Shown: positions 26,620-36,040 of the stretch, piece after piece
How positions within the stretch are numbered: position 1 is the first letter of the stretch
Layout of the letters: each line of letters opens with the position of its first letter
Virus record (IMG/VR): IMGVR_UViG_2541047758_000014
Reading direction: 5' to 3' (one strand)
DNA from: a virus
Taxonomy: Duplodnaviria > Heunggongvirae > Uroviricota > Caudoviricetes
DNA length: 36,632 bases
Made by a program: the position numbers and the translations under genes
The notes under the pieces: model-generated
What the model was told of the DNA's origin: nothing
Seen by the model: only the letters and a program-made list of their open reading frames with translations
The model's database searches: none

Positions 26620-27498
26620 TTACACCTGTGCGACGTTATACCATGTGCCATTGATGTATTTTTGTATTGGTCTGAAGATGGCTTCATCATCGCCATCTAC
26701 TTCACCAATGATTCTTAATCCGGTAATTGCGTGTCCGGCTTTTTCATAACGACCACCACGCGCCATCAATTGAACAACACGCGTACCCAGGCGAACATCT
26801 TTTACATAGCGTGAATCAAAATTCCCCCAGTTGCTGGGCTGTATCTGACCGTTAACAGAAAATATTACCGAGTTATCTGTATTTCGCTGGCTATAGAAAT
26901 GCCATCCTGCCTCATCGCCTAACTCTGCAACTACTGGACGGGTTGAAGCACCCCATAAATTAAACGTTGCATTCTTTGTGGAGGTGTTGGAGCTGGATAG
27001 CGAGAACTTTTTACTATCACCTGCCTGAATGTTTTTAAAAGCAATAGCAACTCCATTCTGAAAGCGGAATACTCGCTGACTATTAGCGTAAACATCCAGA
27101 ATGCCATCACCATTCTGTTTGAATCCGGTGTCATTATCACCAAGAACAATAGAGCTACCACCTAACGCATTCGTCGTACCAACTCCAAGACTGCCATTAA
27201 TGACGGCATTTACCAGAATATTTAGTGCATCCCATTTCAGCGTCATCAGGTCTTTTGTTGTGGTGCTCTGGCGGCTTCTCCATTTGAAATATTCATTGCC
27301 GTTGTCGCCTGTTTCAAACCACATGTATGAATCAGTGTCACCATCAGCATCATTTTTAAATCCAATCTTCGCCCAGTCAGTATTTCGAATCCAGGCAAGG
27401 ATTGAGTCATTTTCAAAAGTAAGCCCACCGGACAAGGTATCGCCATTTTTTTGCACGGCGTTACCAGCCCTGTTTACCGTTTCCTGTAAACCGAGGTT
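26620..27498 (-). CDS. Alternative tail fibre C-terminal cassette (promoterless; fused to H constant part after inversion)
   Basis: Track ORF 26620..27456; frame stays open upstream through the gix site to 27498; C-terminus RPIQKYINGTWYNVAQV parallels H. Confidence 0.7.
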   Translation of the reverse strand, partial: NLGLQETVNRAGNAVQKNGDTLSGGLTFENDSILAWIRNTDWAKIGFKNDADGDTDSYMWFETGDNGNEYFKWRSRQSTTTKDLMTLKWDALNILVNAVINGSLGVGTTNALGGSSIVLGDNDTGFKQNGDGILDVYANSQRVFRFQNGVAIAFKNIQAGDSKKFSLSSSNTSTKNATFNLWGASTRPVVAELGDEAGWHFYSQRNTDNSVIFSVNGQIQPSNWGNFDSRYVKDVRLGTRVVQLMARGGRYEKAGHAITGLRIIGEVDGDDEAIFRPIQKYINGTWYNVAQV

Positions 27499-27506
27499 TT
27501 AAATAA
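27481..27506. other. gix-like crossover site (right end of invertible segment)
   Basis: ttcctgtaaaccgaggttttaaataa, nearly identical to the Mu gix sequence as I recall it (TTCCTGTAAACCGAGGTTTTGGATAA). Confidence 0.75.
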
Positions 27507-27542
27507 TGGCCGTTTCTGGCCTGCATGGCATGATTTGCGCTT

Positions 27543-28160
27543 TTGGACGGGAGATTCAGTGTGCTGATTGGCTATGTAAGGGTATCAACAAATGACCAGA
27601 ATACAGACCTGCAACGAAACGCTCTTGTTTGTGCAGGATGTGAACAAATATTTGAAGATAAATTAAGCGGGACAAAGACAGACCGACCGGGATTAAAACG
27701 CGCTTTAAAGCGCCTTCAAAAAGGTGACACGCTGGTTGTCTGGAAACTGGATCGCCTCGGGCGAAGCATGAAACATCTGATTTCTCTCGTCGGGGAACTA
27801 CGGGAGCGAGGGATTAATTTTCGCAGTCTGACCGACAGCATAGACACATCTTCTCCAATGGGGCGTTTTTTCTTCCACGTGATGGGTGCCCTGGCTGAAA
27901 TGGAACGTGAATTAATTGTTGAACGTACACTGGCCGGGCTGGCGGCAGCGCGCGCAAGGGGGCGCACAGGCGGACGTCGACCGAAGCTGACAAAAGAACA
28001 GCATGAGCAAATAGCAAGGCTAATCAAAAACGGGCACGACAGAAAACAACTGGCAATAATTTACGGCATTGGCACATCGACGATTTATCGTTATCACCCT
28101 GTAGGCGATATACAGACTGAAGAAACAACCGGGCAGACTCAGGAAAATGAAAACCGCTAA
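27543..28160 (+). CDS. Serine DNA invertase (Gin/Pin/Cin/Hin family)
   Basis: Contains LIGYVRVSTNDQNTDLQRNAL, the conserved N-terminus with the catalytic Ser, and a C-terminal HTH; track start is non-ATG (TTG at 27543), GTG at 27561 is a likely true start. Confidence 0.85.
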   Translation: MDGRFSVLIGYVRVSTNDQNTDLQRNALVCAGCEQIFEDKLSGTKTDRPGLKRALKRLQKGDTLVVWKLDRLGRSMKHLISLVGELRERGINFRSLTDSIDTSSPMGRFFFHVMGALAEMERELIVERTLAGLAAARARGRTGGRRPKLTKEQHEQIARLIKNGHDRKQLAIIYGIGTSTIYRYHPVGDIQTEETTGQTQENENR

Positions 28161-28184
28161 TCTGACCATTAGCGGTTTTTGTGT
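28150..28184. terminator. Bidirectional terminator between convergent invertase and U
   Basis: Perfect 11-bp arms aaaccgctaat / attagcggttt with 6-nt loop, followed by ttgtgtt; T-rich on the other side too. Confidence 0.6.
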
Positions 28185-28188
28185 TAAA

Positions 28189-28683
28189 TCAGAACAGCCC
28201 TTTAACTGAACTGGCCGCGCTGTTAAGAGATGATGTCACCTTATCTTTGAAGCCGGACAGCATATCACTGAACGATGAGGATTGCAGGCGCTCCCGCAAA
28301 TCCTCATCACAGCGTTCAAGGGTCAGTGAAAATTCTATCTTTTTCGCCTTACCGTAGCGATCAAACTCGGAACGGGTCGTATTCGTTTCAGTCAGCACAT
28401 ACATGCCGTAAATCTGCCCGACACCATCAATCAGAGGCCAGGGGCGTCCTGTATATGCCTGCGTGGTCAGCAACGAAAGCGACACTTCGCCACCTGTAAT
28501 TTCAGGATAAAGCACGCCGGAAAGCACAATGCGATCATCACCTGCACCTATATACTGCCAGCTTGCTGAACGGTTAACGCGTTCATTTTTCACATGCCGC
28601 CAGCTTTTGTTTTGCTGTAACTGCTGATGCGGCAGTGTGCGCAGCTCAAAAACAAACATGCCGTAGATCATCATCATGACCAT
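28189..28683 (-). CDS. U: Tail protein (P2 gpU-like)
   Basis: 164 aa; directly downstream of the tape measure gene on the same strand. Confidence 0.8.
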   Translation of the reverse strand: MVMMMIYGMFVFELRTLPHQQLQQNKSWRHVKNERVNRSASWQYIGAGDDRIVLSGVLYPEITGGEVSLSLLTTQAYTGRPWPLIDGVGQIYGMYVLTETNTTRSEFDRYGKAKKIEFSLTLERCDEDLRERLQSSSFSDMLSGFKDKVTSSLNSAASSVKGLF

Positions 28684-28689
28684 GACTCC

Positions 28690-31533
28690 TCAATCTTTAT
28701 CGTAAAAACTGCCACGTCCGGCACGGGCGCGCCGTTCCATCTCTGCCCTGACCATTTCACCGACCAGTTTCGCCAGTTCGCGGGGATTCTGCGTAACAAC
28801 GTTATGCAGATGAACATGAATTTCACCGCCAAATCTGGAGACAGCAGGCTCCCGATTACGGGAAGCTGCAGGAACTGATGCCACTGGCGATCGTATGGCC
28901 TCCGCCACCGGGCGGGAGCTGGCCGCAACAACAGGGACCAGCGCCGGAGGCAGCGGAGCCGGGACTACGGGTGTGATATTAATTGCGGGGGCAGGCTTAC
29001 TGACCTGCGCAATCTTCCGCTCCTGCCACTCCCCACGAACAGCAAGTGCGCGGGGCAGGTTCTTAAAGACAATATCGCCAGGGCCAATGCGTTTTTTCGT
29101 CTCATCAACCAGCTTACCTGTGTTATCAGCAATTTTGCTGAGTCTGCGTAGCGTCCCGGTATTGCTGTCTGTGAGCGGTTTGTTGTCTTTGGGTTTATCA
29201 CCTCCGGTGCCATTGCCATTTTCCACAGGCTTCGGCGGATTGATTTTCGCAAGGTCCCCCTGAAGCAAGGCAACCTTGTCCTGAAGAATGGCCGCACGCT
29301 GTGCGTCTTCGATTTTCTTGCGCGCCCTTTCCGCTTCATCCGGAAGCACACCGAGCTTTTCAAGTATCCACGCCAGCGTATCCAGCAACATTTTTGCAGG
29401 TATCAGAACAAGTTGTAACGCACCGCCAAGAACGTTACCGAATATCTCGCCAGCACTGGTACATTTATCCAGCGTTTCCTTGCTGGACTCCATCGGTGAC
29501 AGCAGCGATTTAAACCAGTTAAACACCTGGCTTATCCCGCTTCCGATTGCGTCAAAAACAGGACCAAACCGTTCAAAGGTTTCGCGCAACGGGGCCAGCC
29601 GCTCCATAATCCCACTGAACACCCCGGCAAAAAATGCCCTGATTGGGTCCCAGTATTTCCAGATAAGAATGGCAGCTCCGGCAAGCGCAGCCACGATAAG
29701 ACCAACCGGACTGAACAGCGCCCCGATAGCGCCCCCCAGTAACGAAACGGAACCCGTCACCATTCCCCATAGTGCTGGCAGAACCCTGACAGCATTCATT
29801 GATCCGGTCAGGAGGGAAAAACCAAGACGCAGTTTTGCCAGCGGGCCAGCAAGCACACCAATAGCCAGCGACAACGAGCCAACCGTTGCAGTCATTGCCA
29901 GCAGTGCACCGCCTGCAATCAGTAGCTGGCGCGTCAGTGCGGGATGGGCCTGCGCCAGCGCCGTCACCTTTGATACCACACGCGTGAGCCACTGCGTGAC
30001 AGAACGCAGCGGACCGTCAATCAGATCTGCAATGCGGATGCGCAACCCTTCCCATGCACTGCTGAGTGATTTCAGATCGCCGTCAAGGTTGTTGGCCATA
30101 ACCTTTGCCGTGCGTTCAGCCTCACCGCGCGCGCCTTCAAGTTCTTTTCTCAGTTTGGGTAAGGAGCCGTCACCTGCCGCATCAACGAGGGCCATAAATG
30201 ATGTGAAAGCCTCTTCTCCGGCAATGTCCTTAAAGAACGATACCCGGTCAACTTCCCCGTATTTGCGGGTAGCTTTATAAAGGTCAGCCAGCACATCCTC
30301 CATCGGGCGCATTTTGCCCCCGGCATCCGAGACAGACACGCCAAGCTCTTTCAGCGCCTCTGCTGCCGCCTTTGGCGGTGATGCCAGACGAGCCAGGCTG
30401 GCACGCATTGCCGTACCAGCATCACTCCCCCTGATACCCATATTCGCCAGCACGCCCGCCATCGCTGCGGCCTGCTCCAGCGATATTCCCAGCTTACCCG
30501 CCACCGGACCTGCATATTTCATGGTTTCACCCAGTGCGCGAAGGTCAGTGTTGGTACGGGTAAACGCTGCGGTGAGTGTGTCGCCGACCCGGTCCATCTG
30601 GTCAGCAGAAAGACCGAACTGCGTCAGAATATTTGAGCCAATATCCGCCGTCTCACCGAGGTCCATACCGCCAGCCGTTGCCATGCTCAGTACGCCAGGG
30701 AGCGCAGCCTGAATGGCCTGTGGTGTGAAGCCAGCCATTGCAAGAAATGCCTGCCCACTGGCGGCATCGCCTGCGGTGAACTGCGTTTCAGAGCCAAGTT
30801 TTAACGCCTGCTCACGCAGCGCCTTAAACTGCGGGCTGTTTTTGTCGATTCGCGTCAGTGCCTGAACGCGGGACATCTCTTTCCCGAACCCGATCGCAGG
30901 CTGCAAAAAACGCCCGGCAGCATAGCCGCCCGCCGCTGCCGCACCAATTGCCAGCGCACCACCTGTTTTCAGTTTTCCCGCTGTTTCCTGCGCGCGCGAA
31001 TACCGCTCACGCGCCTGCGTTACACGCGCAAGCGCCTGCCGTTCGCGTTCAAGCTGGTTGTTGTACTGTTCGGTGCGTCTGATGGCCTGCTGGATGGTGT
31101 TATCGCTGCCTGTCAGGGAAATGCCGTGGCGTTTCAGCTCTCCGCCAATCTCCCGCATTTTCTGAATTTCCCGTGTGCGCGATTCATTCAGGCGTTCAAG
31201 CCGGGTGCTTAACTGCTGCATCAGCTTTTGTTGTTTTTCGCTGAGCACTGTACCCGTGCGTTGTAACTGATTAAGGGCGTTAAGCTGGCGTCGTGCTTTC
31301 ACGATACCCGCATCCGCTTTACTGACAGCGTCGCGGGCGCGCTCAAATGAACGCGCCTGACGCTCGAGATTTTTGATCGCCCCCTGCGTTCGCTGGATGG
31401 AGTCACCAAACTGCCCCATCAGGCGGCGGGCGTTTTCGGCAGGCCGGGTCAGCCTGTCAACGGCGCTGAAAGCGACCCGGATGTCAAGAGTCTTCATTGT
31501 CTGCATTCCCGCTGCGAAGTGCCGCCCGCTCAC
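28690..31533 (-). CDS. T: Tail tape measure protein (P2 gpT-like)
   Basis: 947 aa; Ala/Gly-rich with coiled-coil N-terminus and hydrophobic central region. Confidence 0.85.
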   Translation of the reverse strand: MSGRHFAAGMQTMKTLDIRVAFSAVDRLTRPAENARRLMGQFGDSIQRTQGAIKNLERQARSFERARDAVSKADAGIVKARRQLNALNQLQRTGTVLSEKQQKLMQQLSTRLERLNESRTREIQKMREIGGELKRHGISLTGSDNTIQQAIRRTEQYNNQLERERQALARVTQARERYSRAQETAGKLKTGGALAIGAAAAGGYAAGRFLQPAIGFGKEMSRVQALTRIDKNSPQFKALREQALKLGSETQFTAGDAASGQAFLAMAGFTPQAIQAALPGVLSMATAGGMDLGETADIGSNILTQFGLSADQMDRVGDTLTAAFTRTNTDLRALGETMKYAGPVAGKLGISLEQAAAMAGVLANMGIRGSDAGTAMRASLARLASPPKAAAEALKELGVSVSDAGGKMRPMEDVLADLYKATRKYGEVDRVSFFKDIAGEEAFTSFMALVDAAGDGSLPKLRKELEGARGEAERTAKVMANNLDGDLKSLSSAWEGLRIRIADLIDGPLRSVTQWLTRVVSKVTALAQAHPALTRQLLIAGGALLAMTATVGSLSLAIGVLAGPLAKLRLGFSLLTGSMNAVRVLPALWGMVTGSVSLLGGAIGALFSPVGLIVAALAGAAILIWKYWDPIRAFFAGVFSGIMERLAPLRETFERFGPVFDAIGSGISQVFNWFKSLLSPMESSKETLDKCTSAGEIFGNVLGGALQLVLIPAKMLLDTLAWILEKLGVLPDEAERARKKIEDAQRAAILQDKVALLQGDLAKINPPKPVENGNGTGGDKPKDNKPLTDSNTGTLRRLSKIADNTGKLVDETKKRIGPGDIVFKNLPRALAVRGEWQERKIAQVSKPAPAINITPVVPAPLPPALVPVVAASSRPVAEAIRSPVASVPAASRNREPAVSRFGGEIHVHLHNVVTQNPRELAKLVGEMVRAEMERRARAGRGSFYDKD

Positions 31534-32013
31534 GCCAGCTAACCACTTCGCCGGGCGTCATCATGAAGATTTCGGCGGGCGACCAGTTAAAAATAACGGC
31601 AATATCTGCCACAAAGTCTTCTATGTGCTCAAAGCACACAACCGTGATCAGGCTTCCGTCGCCTGTTCGTTCTTCCCGCCAGAGTCCGCACCGCTCAAAA
31701 AATTTACGGCAACCACACATAACTGAATAAAGTCACGGGATGCCATTTTTTTGATCGTCACTTCATCCAGTCGCGGTGATGTCACGCGTGACAGCAGCGT
31801 AAACATGGATTCCGCTTTCAGATTCAGCACATCAGACAGCGACAAATCTCGCAGAGATCCAGCCTGCTCAATAGCCCCGGTGATCTCCACATACGTGATT
31901 TTTTCGCCGCCTCGCTCAATTGGTTGGGTAAGTTTTACGCCACGCTCACTGGTTTCTTTCACAGTGTCAGCAACTACCGTGTTTTCGGTATCGATGTTTT
32001 TCGTCTCTTTCAT
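31484..32013 (-). CDS. E+E' fusion by programmed -1 frameshift
   Basis: After a -1 slip at TTTTTTG the reading continues ...AVNF-FERCGLWREERTG... into the 31484..31720 frame; matches the conserved E/E' arrangement of P2-type tails. Confidence 0.6.
31648..32013 (-). CDS. E: Tail assembly chaperone (P2 gpE-like)
   Basis: 121 aa; contains slippery heptamer T-TTT-TTG (plus coordinates 31696..31702) in the E frame. Confidence 0.75.
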   Translation of the reverse strand: MKETKNIDTENTVVADTVKETSERGVKLTQPIERGGEKITYVEITGAIEQAGSLRDLSLSDVLNLKAESMFTLLSRVTSPRLDEVTIKKMASRDFIQLCVVAVNFLSGADSGGKNEQATEA

Positions 32014-32067
32014 CAGGAAACTCCTTTCAGTCAGAGGCGACGCACTGCGCCGCCTGCATATTACTTA

Positions 32068-32580
32068 TCAGCCAAGCCCAAGCGCGGAACGGATGCGATC
32101 GGGCACAATGTCCTTGCCGTCCTTCCGGTAAATGAAGTTCAGCAGGTCAATCTCCCACAGCGGGCGATCGTTAACGCTCAGCTTGTAGTAGGTGTTTTTA
32201 ATGGCGTAAGAGTGTGATGTGGCTTCGCCCTGTTTGGCTTCCCCCATATCAATTTCCGTCACACGTCCGCGCATTTCGACTTCATACAGGTCGCTTTCTG
32301 CATCGGTGTAGTATTCACCCGCAAAACGCAGCAGCGTGCCGTCAATCGTGCCGCCATACTTAAGGAACAGCTCACGAACTGCGCCCCCCATGACAAAGCT
32401 CGCATCAAGCGCGGAGTCGTCCAGACCGAGATCAATACTTACCGCACCCATCATGCCACCACCCCGGTAGCTGTCGGTTTTGCGCGTCAGCTTAGGCAGA
32501 GTGACGGACGTCACCTTACCCACTTCGTTTTCACCATCCACAAACAGCGTAAAAAAGCGAAGATGTTTTGGCACAGCCAT
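32068..32580 (-). CDS. FII: Tail tube protein (P2 gpFII-like)
   Basis: 170 aa, downstream of and coupled to the sheath gene. Confidence 0.85.
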   Translation of the reverse strand: MAVPKHLRFFTLFVDGENEVGKVTSVTLPKLTRKTDSYRGGGMMGAVSIDLGLDDSALDASFVMGGAVRELFLKYGGTIDGTLLRFAGEYYTDAESDLYEVEMRGRVTEIDMGEAKQGEATSHSYAIKNTYYKLSVNDRPLWEIDLLNFIYRKDGKDIVPDRIRSALGLG

Positions 32581-33764
32581 CAGGCACCTCCCAGCACCGC
32601 AAATGCGGGTTCAAAGTATTCATCAGTAAACGTCTGGTAAAGCTCCATATCTTCCAGCGGGGGAACAGGCGTATATTTGTAGCGAATACGCACACGCCCC
32701 TGACGTAAATCCGTGGTGCTGTTATCCACCACGTCATACCAGCACTCCGCGCCAATCAGTTTCCCGGCAGTAACCAGTGAATCCAGTTTTGCCCTGATGG
32801 CACTGATAACATCCTTCACGTTCGCAGGCGTCAGTGGACTGTCGATGGTTTCAAACTGCGCTTCCGCAATTGAATCAGCCAACACCTGTGCGGTTCGGGT
32901 ATACACCTCAAAGATGTAGGCGTTCGTTTCCGGTGTGCGGTTGCCCCAGAAGCGGAACCCGTTGCGACGAATAATGGTCGTGATTTCTTTGTTGTTGAGG
33001 CTGTTGGCATCACTGTCTTCGGCCTGCAACGACCAGAACACATGCCTGGACATCCCCAGCACATTTTTAACCGGAACGTTGGACAGCGATTTGTGCCAGC
33101 CCTGTTCATGGTCAATGTACGCACGGAGGCCGCACGCATAGGCAGGCGCGGGGAACGTTTCGTTTTTGCCACTTTTCGGGTTGTAGGCGATGAAGTCCGG
33201 CCATAAGAGCATCACCTCACGTTCGTTGAATTTCTGGCGGTAGGTAATCGCCTCAGCCATCGTGTTACAGCCGTGACATGAGGCATACACAAACGCGCGC
33301 AGTTTACCTGCAATCACGCACAGGGATTTTGTTACAGCCTCCGTGTCCAGCTCCGGCGCGGCCAGAATACGCGGACGGTATCCGATGCTTTCATCCTGCT
33401 CTGCAACAAGCAGCGCATACATCCCCGTATAGCTGCCGTCATCCTCAGAACCACCGATAACCAGTTGATCCTGCGTCTTTCCGTCTTCTTCTTTGTGTTC
33501 AGCCACGCGAACGACGATCACCTTTGTGCTCACCTGGTCTGCAATGGCCTTAAGCGCACGATAAAGCGTCCCCGTTGTCCCGCATTTTCCCAGCACGTCA
33601 TTGACGCGGGTCAGCAGTGTGGGCTTGTTCAGCGGGAACAGCTTCGCGTCCGCATCATCCGCCGTTGCCACGATACCGATAACGCTGGAATCAACATCGT
33701 TAATCGCTGTTACCAGGTCGGTATTTTCCGTAACACGGGCACCATGAAAACGAGTTTCACTCAT
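32580..33764 (-). CDS. FI: Contractile tail sheath protein (P2 gpFI-like)
   Basis: 394 aa; FPLNKP...GTLYRALKAIADQ resembles P2 FI. Confidence 0.9.
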   Translation of the reverse strand: MSETRFHGARVTENTDLVTAINDVDSSVIGIVATADDADAKLFPLNKPTLLTRVNDVLGKCGTTGTLYRALKAIADQVSTKVIVVRVAEHKEEDGKTQDQLVIGGSEDDGSYTGMYALLVAEQDESIGYRPRILAAPELDTEAVTKSLCVIAGKLRAFVYASCHGCNTMAEAITYRQKFNEREVMLLWPDFIAYNPKSGKNETFPAPAYACGLRAYIDHEQGWHKSLSNVPVKNVLGMSRHVFWSLQAEDSDANSLNNKEITTIIRRNGFRFWGNRTPETNAYIFEVYTRTAQVLADSIAEAQFETIDSPLTPANVKDVISAIRAKLDSLVTAGKLIGAECWYDVVDNSTTDLRQGRVRIRYKYTPVPPLEDMELYQTFTDEYFEPAFAVLGGA

Positions 33765-33921
33765 AGCTTCAGCCCCTTGTATCCGTTAAATGATTCGGCA
33801 ACAATCATCACCCACCACGCGCGTAATCTCACCCCTGCGCCGTTCTCCCGACCCGGCGACAACAAAAAGCAGTAACCCCCTCCGCACGCACATGCGACCA
33901 TGCCGCACAGGGAGGAAACAG

Positions 33922-35031
33922 ATGACCGACACCACCATGCAATTGCTCAGTCAGGGCACAGACCCCGTGAAAATGCCGGATTTTGATATTCTTGCGGAGG
34001 GTAAAACGCTGTCAGGCGTGGCAGAGCGCCTGATGAGCCTGTCACTGACCGACAACCGGGGATTTGAGGCGGACCAGCTCACCATCACGCTGGATGATGC
34101 GGATGGTCAGTTGCAGCTACCGCCACGGGGCGCGCGCCTGACGGTTCTCATTGGCTGGAAAGGAGAACCGCTGACAGAAAAAGGCACTTACATTGTTGAT
34201 GAAATCGCTCACGAAGGACCGCCGGACAGGCTGACTGTTTCAGCCAGAAGCGCAGATTTTCGGGATGAATTTAACGTTAAACGTGAGGTGTCCTGGCATG
34301 ATGTGACCCTTGAGCGTGTGGTATCCGCCATCGCTCATCGGTATGGTCTGAAACCACAAATCAGCGAAATGCTGATGGATATCGAAATCGACCACGCCGA
34401 CCAGACCGAAGAAAGCGACATGTCCTTCCTTACGCGCATGGCGGAAATGCTGGGCGCAATCACCACGGTAAAAAGCGGTAATCTGTTATTCATCATGCCA
34501 GGCGGTGGCGTGAACGCACAGGGCCAGCCGTTGCCCTCGTTCGCCATCACGCGCAGCAGTGGCGATCGCCATCAGTTCCGCATTGCTGACCGCGAAGCGT
34601 ATACGGGGGTACGCGCTTACTGGCTTGATCTTAATTACGGGAAAAAGAAAAAAGTCAGCGTGAAACGCCGCAAACCGCCAAAACCCAAAAAGGAGAAAAG
34701 CAGCAGCCGTGAAGGTGATTATATGGAAGGCGCAGAAGGCAATGTGTTTGTGTTACGCAAGACTTATCAGAACGAGCAGGCAGCAAGACGCGCAGCGGCG
34801 GCAAAGTGGCAGCAGCTACAACGCGGAGCCGCAGCGTTCTCCATCACACTGGCACGTGGACGCGCAGAACTCTACCCCGAAATGCATGGCACGGTAACAG
34901 GATTTAAAAGCGAAATTGATAATCAGGACTGGATTATTGCAAAAGCCGAGCACACCATTGATAACAGTGGCTTTACCACGCAGCTTGAGCTTGAAGCCAA
35001 AATCCCGGAATGGATAGCAGAAACAGAGTAA
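33922..35031 (+). CDS. D: Tail protein D (late control gene D family)
   Basis: Start at ATG 33922 with RBS gggagga inside track ORF 33790..35031; 369 aa. Confidence 0.85.
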   Translation: MTDTTMQLLSQGTDPVKMPDFDILAEGKTLSGVAERLMSLSLTDNRGFEADQLTITLDDADGQLQLPPRGARLTVLIGWKGEPLTEKGTYIVDEIAHEGPPDRLTVSARSADFRDEFNVKREVSWHDVTLERVVSAIAHRYGLKPQISEMLMDIEIDHADQTEESDMSFLTRMAEMLGAITTVKSGNLLFIMPGGGVNAQGQPLPSFAITRSSGDRHQFRIADREAYTGVRAYWLDLNYGKKKKVSVKRRKPPKPKKEKSSSREGDYMEGAEGNVFVLRKTYQNEQAARRAAAAKWQQLQRGAAAFSITLARGRAELYPEMHGTVTGFKSEIDNQDWIIAKAEHTIDNSGFTTQLELEAKIPEWIAETE

Positions 35032-35225
35032 ACAACTTAGATGCATTAGCCCTGACATTTGCTAACGCGCTTACAGCAAGAATCATAACCAATCTGACAG
35101 CCTACCCGGTGTCAAAATCAGAAGAGCCTTACATTAGAATATGTTAATTTGTAGCAAACAAATTTACACACAAATGATTACTGCTGAAATAGCCCCCATA
35201 AATACCATGTCAAAGGATCCATGTT

Positions 35226-35891
35226 ATGAATATGCAAATTTTTATCGCACCAGCAGCCACAGTTGCTGCAGTCTGCCTTGCTGCATATTTTGCTTTACGA
35301 AATGAACGTAAAAAGAAAGCACTTGAGATTAGAACAACTCAACTAGATCGAATATCAGAGCTAGTAAACCGAGCATCTACCAATTTGATGCAATATACAG
35401 GTACTCTTGCCTCTATACTGGAAGCGCACGCCAAAGATAATTATCTACCGAACAAAAAATTTGACATTAATGTAATTAGCAAATGGAAAGATTGCCTCGA
35501 TGAGAGTGAGGTCTGGGCGATTGATAGACAGCAACTAAGAACATGTCAGCACAGTCTGGAGTTTCATCGTGAAAAAGAATGGGCTGAATGGAAAAAAATA
35601 ATTCCACCATTACTTGATAAAATTGACCAATTTTTTCTCATATCTAAGCCAGGGCAACCTGTTACGTTTATAAATGGCCAAAACAAAACAGCTGATGAAC
35701 TACTTGTTTTCTCAAGATATTTGAGAAAACAAACAGCAGAAATTGAATCAGTACGTCAGCTGTTACTTTCTCAAATGAGAGAGGAATTCATCGAGTTAAC
35801 TAGCTTTGAACCTGTCACAATGTTTAGCTTATTTAAATCAATAAAGAAAAATGTCATGCAATTTTTCTGTATCAGTGCTCTTAAAAATTGA
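35226..35891 (+). CDS. AT-rich moron: N-terminally membrane-anchored protein of unknown function
   Basis: 221 aa; N-terminal TM IFIAPAATVAAVCLAAYFAL; markedly AT-rich; own RBS (aagga) and downstream terminator; inserted between D and ogr. Confidence 0.6.
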   Translation: MNMQIFIAPAATVAAVCLAAYFALRNERKKKALEIRTTQLDRISELVNRASTNLMQYTGTLASILEAHAKDNYLPNKKFDINVISKWKDCLDESEVWAIDRQQLRTCQHSLEFHREKEWAEWKKIIPPLLDKIDQFFLISKPGQPVTFINGQNKTADELLVFSRYLRKQTAEIESVRQLLLSQMREEFIELTSFEPVTMFSLFKSIKKNVMQFFCISALKN

Positions 35892-35906
35892 CGCTCTGTT
35901 GCAAGC

Positions 35907-35938
35907 AACCCCAGTGTTAAACTGGGGTTATTCTTGCT
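35907..35938 (+). terminator. Rho-independent terminator after the moron gene
   Basis: aaccccagt-gttaa-actggggtt followed by attcttgct. Confidence 0.6.
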
Positions 35939-36040
35939 AAGAGACCTTTCTACGGCATCAGTAAACAAAACGAACTATCAGTTGGAGTCTGAGCAAGTTC
36001 AGCCTAAACTAGCGACAGCACTACGTTAAGGGAGGTCGCT

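Larger units (their letters stand above)
24815..27493. other. Invertible tail-fibre host-range segment (G/C-segment-like)
   Basis: Bounded by inverted gix-like sites; carries H variable part and G on the plus strand, and an alternative G' plus a promoterless fibre C-terminus on the minus strand; serine invertase adjacent. Confidence 0.75.

Noticed and set aside
29288-30280. 330-aa plus-strand ORF inside the tape measure gene
   Set aside because: Antisense to the tape measure gene; Ser/Ala/Pro-rich low-complexity translation.
31746-31752. A7 run as the E/E' frameshift site
   Set aside because: The -1 frame from this site terminates after five codons; the TTTTTTG heptamer at 31696..31702 fits instead.
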